Positions 1 to 8,720 are shown, counted from the stretch's first letter. The stretch: DNA of 22,324 nucleotides from Bdellovibrionota bacterium (GCA_044352465.1 JBILDU010000046.1:1-22324), one strand, 5' to 3'. A program made the numbers and translations. Notes: generated from the letters alone by a model not told the origin.

Positions 1-278
1 TCAAAACCGGTGGTCACATCGATTACGGGGAAATCGAGCGCTGTAAGTGCACTGACAAGGGGGAGTAGCTCCCTCGGCACACCTAGCTCCCCCGCCTGAA
101 TACGGGCGGCAACGGTGGCCTCGGCGTGGCGAAAATGCCGACGGATTTCGGTAAGCTCAGATTGTTGGAGCGGCTGAGCGTGAGGAGTTACTGAAGGTCG
201 TGGGGGAGCACTCTCGTTTGTAGATTCGCGCCCCCTTGAAAAGTCCGGCTTCCCGTCGTGTCGATTATCCTGAAACAT
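1..278 (-). CDS. Hypothetical protein, N-terminal part (runs off the window start)
   Basis: Manual translation from ATG at 278 (AGGGGG RBS-like upstream) stays open to position 1: MFQDNRHDGKPDFSRGRES...ELTEIRRHFRHAEATVAARIQAGELGVPRELLPLVSALTALDFPVIDVTTGF. Not in the ORF track; no family recognised. Confidence 0.55.
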   Translation of the reverse strand, partial: MFQDNRHDGKPDFSRGRESTNESAPPRPSVTPHAQPLQQSELTEIRRHFRHAEATVAARIQAGELGVPRELLPLVSALTALDFPVIDVTTGF

Positions 279-331
279 TTAGCCCCCTGGAGGGCGTCCC
301 CCCCAAATAACTTAAACGGTGCCAACGTCGC

Positions 332-1216
332 TTACTTTCCTTTGAACTCGCGTTGAAGTCGCTCTCGTTCAGGCACATATTCCCAATGCCACGGCTCGTT
401 ACTTACTTTGCGTCCGTTTTCCATTTGCCCCCGCTTGGGCCGGTCAAATCCGAATTTTTCACCGTTTTTATCGAGCCAGGTCAGTACGCGAGCATCCTCA
501 CGAAGCCTGATATCGACCGCAAAACCGCTTTGGTGGTCGGAGAATCCGGGTCGGTTGGCTGGGTTTCCGATACCGGCTTCGAAGTCAGCTCGAAGCTTGG
601 CTTGCTGCTCGTTCGATCGAAAGGCGCTGTTGATCTTAAGCGTTATCCCATCTTGGGCGGCGGCGGCACGCATTTTCTCAAACGCCTGAGCTGCGGATGT
701 ACATAGAACGAAACGGGTACCCCCAATGTCGAGGATCTCTGAGGCGTTAAATGAGTACGGTTTCCCCTTGTGATATCCCTCCTGGACGAAGGAAGGTGTC
801 GCGGCTGGCTTTGGTACAGCAGCCTCCTTCACCGCATCGACTTGGCGCTGCCCCCATGCGCGAAGAGCCTCATTCGAACGGGGGCCCCATTTGCCATCAA
901 CGGCGAGGGGCGGGTCGAGTTTAAGCTCCTTATTCAGACTTCCCTGAATCGTTTTGACTGCGGCCTCAGTTTTTGGACCGAAGTCTCCATCGACGTTGAT
1001 TCGCGGGAGACCGTTCGCTATCCGGTGGTGGTTGATCTGCTCTTGTAGCTCGAAGACAGCCACTCCCGAGGAGCCCCTCTTGAGTATCTCGGTTTGGGTA
1101 AGCGTTTGCGCTTGGTCGAGATACGTCTCCCGACCGGAGATATGACTCGCGTTCAGTGGACTTTGTTCGACCGCTCTCTCGGCGGGGCGCTGGACCGCGG
1201 GGCCGGGGGTAACCAT
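332..1216 (-). CDS. Peptidoglycan-binding domain + M15B (VanY-like) D,D-carboxypeptidase/endopeptidase
   Basis: PG_binding_1 motifs LKRGSSGVAVFELQ, VDGDFGPKTEAAVK and VDGKWGPRS. M15B motifs INSAFRS..Q, PGFSDHQSGFAVDI and EPWHWEY. Start moved to ATG 1216 (GAGG RBS); the ORF is open to 1303. Confidence 0.9.
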   Translation of the reverse strand: MVTPGPAVQRPAERAVEQSPLNASHISGRETYLDQAQTLTQTEILKRGSSGVAVFELQEQINHHRIANGLPRINVDGDFGPKTEAAVKTIQGSLNKELKLDPPLAVDGKWGPRSNEALRAWGQRQVDAVKEAAVPKPAATPSFVQEGYHKGKPYSFNASEILDIGGTRFVLCTSAAQAFEKMRAAAAQDGITLKINSAFRSNEQQAKLRADFEAGIGNPANRPGFSDHQSGFAVDIRLREDARVLTWLDKNGEKFGFDRPKRGQMENGRKVSNEPWHWEYVPERERLQREFKGK

Positions 1217-1490
1217 GCTACAACCTCTGATCAGGGGAGCGTCTGCCGGGGGGGCGACCGAGCAAAACCTTATCAAAGAGGGGTTATGACGGTGAACGAG
1301 CAACAGATGCTCTATGACTCGACGCGCCGATGGATTTTAGTCCATAGACCCATCGACAGGCTCCCAAACGGTGCCTTAAATCGCCCCTATTCTGTGGTTT
1401 TGCCAAAGCTTTTTCGCTTACCGCACCATCCGTACGGTAGTCTGGAATCTCGCCCACAACACTCTGGCAGACGAAAAAAAACCGGACGGG

Positions 1491-2450
1491 CTAGGCGCGT
1501 CCGAGTAGAATTGCTACGTAAATTGCGTAGAACCCGACCAAAACGCCCCCCTCGAGGCGTGAGATCCTTAAATGGGTATACATGAACGGGAAGATGAGGA
1601 GGGTCGCGGCGAGCATCCACCAGTTATCAGAGGTGATAATATCGGGATTGATACCGATCGGTTTCACGAGCGCAGTGATTCCGAGGATCACGAGGACGTT
1701 GAAGAGGTTGGAGCCGATAAGGTTCCCAACGGCAACATCGTCACGCCCTTTGAGACTTGAAATCACGCTCGCCACGATTTCTGGGAGCGATGTCCCTACC
1801 GCTACGATCGTGAGTCCGACGACCCGGTCGCTCATACCAAAGGTCTTAGCGATATCGATCGCTCCAGCTACCGTCACCTCGGCACCACCCCACAAGAGAG
1901 CTATCCCTGCGACTAGGAACAAGGATGCAGGGACAAATCCGCCTCTGCCGCCCATCTTTTGAGATTCGGCAGCGAAATCAGCCTCCTCTTGAGGGGTCAT
2001 TTGGCCCCGGACGAGCGAGACCATGTAGACTGTAAAGAGCACATATATAACGAGTAAGAGTGAGCCATCGAACCCGTCGATTAAACCGTCTTTCGCCAGC
2101 ACGATGAAAGCCCACGTAATAAGGGCTAAGACCGGATATTCCAATTTAATCGTTCGTCCACCGATGGCGAGTCCACCGATGAGCGCAGCTACACCGAGGA
2201 TCAGGGTAATGTTGACGATATTTGAACCGACCACGTTGCCGACGGCGATATCACTTGAGCCTTTGATCGCTGCCGAGAGACTCACCGCGAGTTCCGGTAC
2301 CGAGGTTGCGGCGGCAACGATGGTAAGACCGACAAGCGCCGGTGATAGTTTCAAGAGTCGGGCAAAAGATACCGCTCCCCTTAGAAGGAGCTCGCCTCCG
2401 CCGGCGAGGAGAACGAGACCGATTACGATGAAGAGGATAGGCATGAACAT
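1491..2450 (-). CDS. yrbG: Calcium/sodium antiporter (CaCA family, YrbG-like)
   Basis: Two alpha repeats (GLTIVAAATSVPEL...GNVVGSNI; GLTIVAVGTSLPE...GNLIGSNL) and about 10 hydrophobic segments. Start placed at ATG 2450 (AGGA upstream). Confidence 0.93.
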   Translation of the reverse strand: MFMPILFIVIGLVLLAGGGELLLRGAVSFARLLKLSPALVGLTIVAAATSVPELAVSLSAAIKGSSDIAVGNVVGSNIVNITLILGVAALIGGLAIGGRTIKLEYPVLALITWAFIVLAKDGLIDGFDGSLLLVIYVLFTVYMVSLVRGQMTPQEEADFAAESQKMGGRGGFVPASLFLVAGIALLWGGAEVTVAGAIDIAKTFGMSDRVVGLTIVAVGTSLPEIVASVISSLKGRDDVAVGNLIGSNLFNVLVILGITALVKPIGINPDIITSDNWWMLAATLLIFPFMYTHLRISRLEGGVLVGFYAIYVAILLGRA

Positions 2451-2686
2451 AACGGTTCCTGGAGGTGGATTTGTAAAGGGGTTCGGCTTCGTCGGCGCTC
2501 TGGCCGCCCTAACGGGGCTAACGGTCATGGCTCGTCGCGATTCGTAACATATTGAAATAGCTCTTCTCAATGGTGTGCGGAGATAGACGGAGGGGAGGCC
2601 AAATTAACGACACTCCGATCCTTCGGCGAAATAGCTAACTAATTGAATATAGCTCTCTAAATCCCAGCTCCGGTGGGGGAGCCTCG

Positions 2687-2702
2687 TGGCACGCCGGATG
2701 CA
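2687..2702 (+). promoter_or_regulatory. Sigma54 (-24/-12) promoter for the lytic transglycosylase
   Basis: TGGCAC-GCCGG-ATGCA, with exact GG-N10-GC spacing, 26 nt before the ATG. Confidence 0.7.
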
Positions 2703-2728
2703 CATCTCCCCATAGAAGGAGCAGTGCG

Positions 2729-3640
2729 ATGAAGATAAATTTGGACGGCGTATTTCGGGAAGTATCCCAGTTAGTCGGTGCGCCGGTCTCCCTACCCCCA
2801 GGCGAAGCAAAAGCGGCTGAGTTCGCTAGTCTCCTCGCATCGCTATCCCCCGACGCTGTTCAACCATCTAAAACGAATGCGGAAAATGAGCCGGTCGGGC
2901 CTCTTCCAGTGAAGGATGGTGGCGATATTCGGGCGCGTTTGAATCTTGAGAGGCCGACGCTCGCACCGCCACAACCTGAGCCGGTCTTTCCCACTGAGCA
3001 CGAGGTCGCGCCGGTACAGGGAAATGACGGGGGTGTCAAAACACCAGCTGTCGTGGCGGTGACACGGATCCGTTCAGCCGAGGCGTTTAATGCTCTGACG
3101 CGGAGTGAGCGCATTAATGAGGTTTCAAAACTTGTATCCGCGGCGGGACTGAAGCACGGAGTCGACCCGGCGCTCAGTATCGCGGTAGTAGCAGCCGAGT
3201 CGAGTTTCGACGCTGCGGCTATCAGTAGTGACGGTCATGAGAGTAAGGGGCTCATGCAGCTTCTCGATGGCACCGGCCGCCACCTTTTAAAGCATGCCGG
3301 ACTTGAATCGCAGTACGACCCATTTAATCCGTCACTCAATATTGATCTCGGTGTGGGGTATCTCCGTAAGTTGCACGACACCTTTAGCACCCCTACGGCA
3401 CTCGCGCCGACCGTAACGACCGTGGCGGCGGCAAATTCCTCCTCTTTGGAAAAACTTGCCGTAGCAGCATTCAACGCTGGTGAAGGTCGAGTGGCGGCAG
3501 CTCAAGAGCGGGCCCAGAAAGCGGGATTAAACCCGGCGCTCTATCTCGACGTCGAGAGTTATCTTCCTCAATCAACTCAGGAATACGTTCAAAAGGTTTT
3601 GAAGCTCAAGACGAGCTTTGAGTCCCTCCCCCTCGGCTAA
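2729..3640 (+). CDS. Lytic transglycosylase (SLT domain) with Pro-rich N-terminal extension
   Basis: GVDPAL..AVVAAESSF (catalytic Glu), GLMQL, FNPSLNIDLGVGYL, AVAAFNAGEG, TQEYVQKV; AGAAGGAG RBS. Confidence 0.92.
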   Translation: MKINLDGVFREVSQLVGAPVSLPPGEAKAAEFASLLASLSPDAVQPSKTNAENEPVGPLPVKDGGDIRARLNLERPTLAPPQPEPVFPTEHEVAPVQGNDGGVKTPAVVAVTRIRSAEAFNALTRSERINEVSKLVSAAGLKHGVDPALSIAVVAAESSFDAAAISSDGHESKGLMQLLDGTGRHLLKHAGLESQYDPFNPSLNIDLGVGYLRKLHDTFSTPTALAPTVTTVAAANSSSLEKLAVAAFNAGEGRVAAAQERAQKAGLNPALYLDVESYLPQSTQEYVQKVLKLKTSFESLPLG

Positions 3641-3672
3641 TTTAGTCTGTGACTTTAGGGGAATTTTGATCT

Positions 3673-3688
3673 TGGCAAGGTGCTTGCA
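3673..3688 (+). promoter_or_regulatory. Sigma54 (-24/-12) promoter for flagellin 1
   Basis: TGGCAA-GGTGC-TTGCA, a near-consensus match with GG-N10-GC spacing. Confidence 0.75.
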
Positions 3689-3730
3689 GTGAGTCGCTTG
3701 TGGAGTAGGTAACGAAGTTTTTTCTTTGTG

Positions 3731-3812
3731 TCTGTGTGGCTGGTTTAACAGCTTCGCGACCAGAGGCACCTTTAAGGATAACTGTTAACACGATAGCCAC
3801 GGAGAAGAGGCA
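3731..3812 (+). promoter_or_regulatory. Structured flagellin 5' UTR with two ANGGA (CsrA-like) sites
   Basis: TCTGTGTGGCT (3731-3741) pairs with AGCCACGGAGA (3795-3805); TTAACAG (3745-3751) pairs with CTGTTAA (3782-3788). AAGGA at 3774 and ACGGA at 3799, the latter next to the RBS. Confidence 0.5.
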
Positions 3813-4676
3813 ATGGGCATTAACATCAGAACGAACGTCACGTCACTCCAAGCGCAACGGCAGCTTGGTGACAGTACCGGTTTGCTGACCACTGCGTACG
3901 AGCGTTTATCGTCCGGTTTACGTATCAACCGAGCGAAAGACGACGCGGCAGGTCTCGCCATCGCTGAGAGCTTGAAAGCTGATGCGCGGGTGGCGAACGT
4001 CGGTATTCGTAACGCGAACGACGGTATCTCGGTCATCTCGATCGCTGACCAAGCGATCGGTCAGATCGCGAACGTGCTCGGTCGTCTGGCGGAGCTCGCC
4101 TCGCAATCAGCCAACGGCGTGTACGGAAATACCCAACGCTCCGCGCTCCAGAACGAGTTCATCGCCCTTACGAGTGAGATTGAGCGTATCGCCTATAGCA
4201 CTGAGTTTAACGGCCTCCGGCTCCTCAGCGGCGGTGGAACGGTGGTCTTCCAAGTTGGTTTCGACGGCGACTCGCTCTCTCGAGTATCGTATACCGGGGT
4301 GGAGGCGACCTTGGCCTCGCTCGGTCTTGCAACCGCTGGTAGTTCGGTTCCGACCTTCTCCATCGTCGGTGCAAACGACCTCGAGTCGCAGTCCGCGGCC
4401 CGCCTTGCTCTCGACGCAGTCAACGCCGCAATTAGCTCGGTCAACCGCAACAGAGGTACCCTCGGTGCTGCGGAAAGCCGACTCGAGGTTACGATCAGTA
4501 ACCTGCAGATCGCCCGGGAGAACTTCAAGGCTGCTGAAAGTCGTATTCGTGACGTCGACGTTGCGGCGGAAGCAGCGGAGCTCACCCGATTGAACATCTT
4601 GCAACAGGCTGGTGCTGCCGTGCTCGCGCAAGCGAACTCGCAACCGCAGCTCGCACTGCGTCTGCTCCAAGGTTAA
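3813..4676 (+). CDS. fliC: Flagellin (short, 287 aa)
   Basis: N-terminal ERLSSGLRINRAKDDAAGLAIAE; C-terminal RGTLGAAESRL...AESRIRDVDVA.EAAELTR..ILQQAG.AVLAQAN..PQ.ALRLL. Confidence 0.98.
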   Translation: MGINIRTNVTSLQAQRQLGDSTGLLTTAYERLSSGLRINRAKDDAAGLAIAESLKADARVANVGIRNANDGISVISIADQAIGQIANVLGRLAELASQSANGVYGNTQRSALQNEFIALTSEIERIAYSTEFNGLRLLSGGGTVVFQVGFDGDSLSRVSYTGVEATLASLGLATAGSSVPTFSIVGANDLESQSAARLALDAVNAAISSVNRNRGTLGAAESRLEVTISNLQIARENFKAAESRIRDVDVAAEAAELTRLNILQQAGAAVLAQANSQPQLALRLLQG

Positions 4677-4763
4677 TAGAGGATAAGCGGAAGCTCACCG
4701 TTCATCGAATAACCGCTGAACGATAAGGATATTATCTGGGCTGACGAGAAAGGATAGCGCGAT
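4677..4763 (+). promoter_or_regulatory. Flagellin 1-2 intergenic leader with GGA-loop hairpins
   Basis: Four GGA in 87 nt: AGC-GGAA-GCT, GATAA-GGATA-TTATC (GGA in the loop), AGAGGA, and AAAGGA at the RBS. There is also a CGTTCA/TGAACG stem. Confidence 0.45.
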
Positions 4764-5627
4764 ATGAGTCTTAATATACGTTCAAACCTCGCCTCGATAG
4801 GAGCTCAACGTAACCTCTCCGAATCGAGTAGCCGACTCCAGACGGCGTATCAACGCCTCTCCTCGGGTCTGCGTATCAACCGGGCCTCCGATGACGCGGC
4901 GGGCCTCGCGATCGCTGAGTCGTTGAAAGCGGATGCTCGAGTGGCTAGCGTAGCGATACGAAACGCGAGTGACGGTATCTCGATTATCGCGATAACCGAC
5001 GGGGCGATCGGCCAGATAACGAACATCATGAGTCGACTCGCCGAGCTGGCCTCGCAATCGGCCAACGGTGTGTACAGTAACGGGCAGCGCTCCGCGCTCC
5101 AGCTCGAGTTCACGGCGCTGATGAGTGAGGTCGAGCGTATCGCCCTCACGACGGAATTCAACGGTCTGAATCTGTTGAGTAACGGCGCGCCGGTGACCTT
5201 CCAGGTCGGCTTCGACGGGACATCGATGTCGCAGGTTGCCTACTCCGGCATCCAAGCGACCCTCCAGTCGATGGGGCTTGCAACCGCAGGTTCGTCGGAA
5301 CATATGTTCTCGATTACCGCGGCTTCCGACCTCGAGTCGCAGTCAGCAGCGCGACTAGCTCTCGATGCGATTAATTCAGCGATCGTCTCGATTACCCGGA
5401 ATCGCGGTACCCTCGGAGCGGCGGAGAGTCGGCTCGATACGGCGATTAACAACCTCCAGGTCGCGCGTGAGAACTTCGGTGCGGCGGAAAGCCGTATCCG
5501 AGACGTCGATGTCGCCTTTGAAGCTGCAGAGCTTACCCGCTTGTCGATTCTGCAACAGGCAGGAACGGCGATCTTGGCCCAAGCAAACCAGCAGCCGCAG
5601 CTCGCACTCCGACTACTCCAGGGATAA
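4764..5627 (+). CDS. fliC: Flagellin (short, 287 aa), paralogue of the upstream gene
   Basis: Same flagellin N- and C-terminal motifs; colinear with the upstream flagellin and the same length. Confidence 0.98.
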   Translation: MSLNIRSNLASIGAQRNLSESSSRLQTAYQRLSSGLRINRASDDAAGLAIAESLKADARVASVAIRNASDGISIIAITDGAIGQITNIMSRLAELASQSANGVYSNGQRSALQLEFTALMSEVERIALTTEFNGLNLLSNGAPVTFQVGFDGTSMSQVAYSGIQATLQSMGLATAGSSEHMFSITAASDLESQSAARLALDAINSAIVSITRNRGTLGAAESRLDTAINNLQVARENFGAAESRIRDVDVAFEAAELTRLSILQQAGTAILAQANQQPQLALRLLQG

Positions 5628-5898
5628 CGCCGTAAGCGGAACGTGAGCCGGAGCTCGTCGAGGACGGTGCTCTTGCGATTGTGGATGAGGTTGACCGACA
5701 TTCAAGTACGAGTGCGGAGGTACCCCTCGCCATGACCGGAGTTCTTGACTACAGACAGGCTGGGTGTCGCCTAGTCGTATTTCCTTCGATCTCCTCTGAA
5801 CGACAGAAGCCTGCCTCGTCCAACACTGCACCCCAGCTGGCCTGCGGTTCTTTGCGTCGATATAAAATTCATCGCTTCTAAAGTTAGTGCCGTTTCAC

Positions 5899-6936
5899 TC
5901 AGGGCAGCTCCAGCCCGGGTAATTGAAAACCTTGAGCGCTGAAATGCGCGGCATCCTCTGGAGCACCATCGGCAAGTCCGTAGTTGAGGGATACGCCGTT
6001 GGCGAGAGTGTCAGACGTGAGGGACCCGGCTACGAGGGCGACCTGAACTTTGGAAAATAGTTGAAGGGTCAGATCGATCGCCTGCTCATCGAGCTGAAAT
6101 AGCGAGGTCGTCGCCGCTGCCCCAGAGAGGGGATTATGATAGTTCCACGGCTCATGAAATATGCCGTGATGGCCGCGCCTGCCCCGAGCGAAAAGAACTT
6201 CAAATTGATGGAGTCGATCTCGAGAGATTCGGTTAAGCCCTTGTGCGATCGCCCCCCAGACCGGTGAGAGAAAAAGCATCTGAAAACGCCCCATTTCTCT
6301 TAGTGAGCGATTCCATTCCTGCGGGAGGGACGGAACGAGCTCGGGATCGTACCTGGTGACCCCCTCGGTGACCGCTTGGGCGAGTGCTTCATCGACGACC
6401 CGCAGGGTTGATTTCGATATCTCACCGAGCATCGTTTGGATCGAGACAGGCCAGGGGAAGTTCGTGCCGTGCGCACTCCGGTCCTCGTCGAGATAGACCT
6501 CAAATAAACGATGTCGCGCTCGCGCGTTGGATCGTTCCCGCTCGTCCACGGCGTAGTAATCCCCCGTAAAAAAGAATATCGGGGGGTGATAGATCACATC
6601 GACGGCATAATGCGAGAGCAGCCCCATGAGAAAGGCAATCCCCGCGTCGCGGGTCTCGCAGTCCTCTTGCAGAGACACGGCTGCTCCAAATGAGCTGAGT
6701 GGTCGAAGGGTATCGGATAGATTGGTGCTTCCGCCTATTCCATGAAGCAATGATCCGACCCATTCGAATCGCGAGCCGCCCCCGTGGCGATAGTAAGGGG
6801 CATCGTGCGCAACGGCCCCAAGTGCGAGACTCAGTGGGTGCGTTTGAGCGACCCGCACAAGATCCGGGTGACTCTTTTGCGAGAGTCTTCCAACGGCTCG
6901 ATGAAGGAGGTCCCAATGCACTATTTCGCGAGGCAT
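5899..6936 (-). CDS. Zinc-dependent phospholipase C / S1-P1-like family protein
   Basis: MP...H N-terminus, LGAVAHDAPYY, LLHG, GLLSHYAVDVIYHP and HRLFEVYLD match the Zn_dep_PLPC metal-ligand pattern. Confidence 0.8.
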   Translation of the reverse strand: MPREIVHWDLLHRAVGRLSQKSHPDLVRVAQTHPLSLALGAVAHDAPYYRHGGGSRFEWVGSLLHGIGGSTNLSDTLRPLSSFGAAVSLQEDCETRDAGIAFLMGLLSHYAVDVIYHPPIFFFTGDYYAVDERERSNARARHRLFEVYLDEDRSAHGTNFPWPVSIQTMLGEISKSTLRVVDEALAQAVTEGVTRYDPELVPSLPQEWNRSLREMGRFQMLFLSPVWGAIAQGLNRISRDRLHQFEVLFARGRRGHHGIFHEPWNYHNPLSGAAATTSLFQLDEQAIDLTLQLFSKVQVALVAGSLTSDTLANGVSLNYGLADGAPEDAAHFSAQGFQLPGLELP

Positions 6937-7688
6937 AAGCGATTCAGAAATTCACTCACCGTATGACTGACTTCGGTATGTCGGGGCCCTAAAGTCAGTT
7001 CATGCTCAGCACCAGGGAGCCAGACGGTGTCTACCTCCGTATGCTCGGCTGCTTCGATGAACGGGTCAACACCGTCCGGGTGGACAAGATGATCGTGCGG
7101 GTCTTGAACTATAAGAATGGGAATCCCCAATTCCGTAAGCTTCGGCATGATGAGCTCACGGAGCTTCACAAGGCGCACAATGCTCGCAACCGAGTGAGCT
7201 TCAAGACAGCTCCGAGGAAGCGAAAGGCGGCCCTCGCGACCTCTGTTTTTGGCGCGCGTACCGAGACGATCGATGATCGTCTCCGGGAGTTGCGCTAAGA
7301 TTCGAAGCCGCGCTTCATCGAATCTCCGACGGAGCCTCAAGGGTGGGGCAAGTAGGACGAGCCCGTTGATAGGCCACCGTTGCAGGGTGGCGATGTAGAG
7401 CGCTAAGAGCGCTCCGAACGAAGACCCCCCAACAAAAAGGGGGCCCGCATCAGCGGAGATGGAGGCCAAGGTTCCTACCGCATCTTCAAGCCATACCTTC
7501 AGGTGGGTTCGGCGAAGGAGCTCGATATCGGTGTGGCCTGCCAAATGAGGAGTCGACACCTCAAAGCGATGTCCGCGGAGCACGCCGGTCAGAGAGCTCA
7601 ACTCCTCCGGGGAGCTTGTGAGCCCGTGAAAGAGTATGATGGAGCCGCGTTGAGTCAACTCTCGCCGGTGTTTTTGCGACCACTCCAC
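6921..7688 (-). CDS. Alpha/beta hydrolase (carboxylesterase/monoacylglycerol lipase-like)
   Basis: FHGLTSSP oxyanion motif, PHLAGH, nucleophile GSSFG, DHLV (Asp), AEHEL (His); GTG start. Confidence 0.88.
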   Translation of the reverse strand: MEWSQKHRRELTQRGSIILFHGLTSSPEELSSLTGVLRGHRFEVSTPHLAGHTDIELLRRTHLKVWLEDAVGTLASISADAGPLFVGGSSFGALLALYIATLQRWPINGLVLLAPPLRLRRRFDEARLRILAQLPETIIDRLGTRAKNRGREGRLSLPRSCLEAHSVASIVRLVKLRELIMPKLTELGIPILIVQDPHDHLVHPDGVDPFIEAAEHTEVDTVWLPGAEHELTLGPRHTEVSHTVSEFLNRLCLAK

Positions 7689-8623
7689 AGGTATCCTGTG
7701 GCCGGCTCTATCGGGGCGTCTTTGGATTTGCTCGACATCCAGTTGAATGAGGAGCCCTCTTTAACAACCTCATTGATATCGTCGACGAGGTCCGCGACGT
7801 TACTTTGAGTACATCCACTCGGCAAGTTGTCGAGTGCGGGCGCTTTGCCCGTCCACTTGATCGTCTCAATCCATTCGAGGGCGATCTTCCAACTGTGGAG
7901 ATCCCGCGGTGCACCGTCCATCGACTCGTTTCGAAAGGCCCGGGTCATATCGTGCACATCGTTACGAAACCCTAAGGCGCGGATAAGACACGCGGTAATC
8001 TGGGCATGATCACACCCCCAGATGGAGCGCTCATACTCGAGATCGAGCGCCCGCCGTTTCGTTCGGCGGTAGCGAGTATAATGCTGGGGAGTCCAGAGGA
8101 GTAGGGTTGCCAGCGCTGCGTAGCGGATGCCGCCGATGAGCATTCCCGCAACGGGTCCAAGTTCGGGGAGAGTGGAGCCGGTCATGTGACCTAGCTCCAT
8201 GTTGACGATGTACTCCTCGGAGAGCTTTGCCCAATCATCGTGGGTGACTATTTTGATACATCGCCGATGGAGATAAACGAGCCCCAGGATCGCCGCAAAA
8301 GCCCCCGGACCAAGGACCTGTAACAGTGCGACCGAGGCATCGTCATCGCTTGCTTTAGCGAACTCCTCAGGGTGTAAAGCCATCGCCGCAAAGTAGATCG
8401 GGGTTTTAAGCTTTGCACTTCTATCGACCTGACGTATCGCCAAGATCGACTCATCCCAGATAGCTGAGGAGCTTAGTGCGACGTTGTCGATGTGGTTGGT
8501 CCAGAGAGCCTGAATAGCTGACGAAACAGTGAAGGGTATTGGGTTAAGCAGGTTGGCGAATTGGCGCGCACGAACCCAGCTTGTCTGACTGTCTTTAACG
8601 TTTTCGAGCGATGGCTGAGACAT
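7655..8623 (-). CDS. HDOD-like domain protein (degenerate HD motif)
   Basis: ERSIWGCDHAQITACLIRALGF resembles the HDOD signature E...G.DHA.iga.l...W.f. AGMLIGGIRYAAL sits where AGLLHDIG is expected. Start at ATG 8623 with a GAGGTGG RBS. Confidence 0.65.
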   Translation of the reverse strand: MSQPSLENVKDSQTSWVRARQFANLLNPIPFTVSSAIQALWTNHIDNVALSSSAIWDESILAIRQVDRSAKLKTPIYFAAMALHPEEFAKASDDDASVALLQVLGPGAFAAILGLVYLHRRCIKIVTHDDWAKLSEEYIVNMELGHMTGSTLPELGPVAGMLIGGIRYAALATLLLWTPQHYTRYRRTKRRALDLEYERSIWGCDHAQITACLIRALGFRNDVHDMTRAFRNESMDGAPRDLHSWKIALEWIETIKWTGKAPALDNLPSGCTQSNVADLVDDINEVVKEGSSFNWMSSKSKDAPIEPATGYLWSGRKNTGES

Positions 8624-8720
8624 AACCACCTCATAATCTAAACCGAAGGAGGTAAACGCGAAAGGTATTTCGGTTGGGCCCCCAATCAGCATCGAGCGAG
8701 AGCTATTTCCTGGACCAGCC

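Noticed and set aside
332..1216. Vancomycin-resistance vanY or prophage endolysin
   Set aside because: No van ligase or regulators and no holin or phage genes; M15B domains are common housekeeping or lytic enzymes.
314..1375. 10-bp repeat AAACGGTGCC at 314-323 and 1366-1375 as sigma54 promoters or a target-site duplication
   Set aside because: The reverse complement gives GGCAC but lacks the -12 GC at the right spacing, and there is no mobile-element signature. One 10-mer repeat can arise by chance.
3770..4730. Sigma28 promoters before the flagellins (CACGATAG, AACGATAA)
   Set aside because: No TAAA-like -35 at 15-nt spacing.
3918..5701. Long antisense and alternate-frame ORFs over the flagellins (similar ones over clpA, the antiporter and the epimerase)
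   Set aside because: Shadow ORFs expected from codon bias in GC-rich genes; no recognisable motifs.
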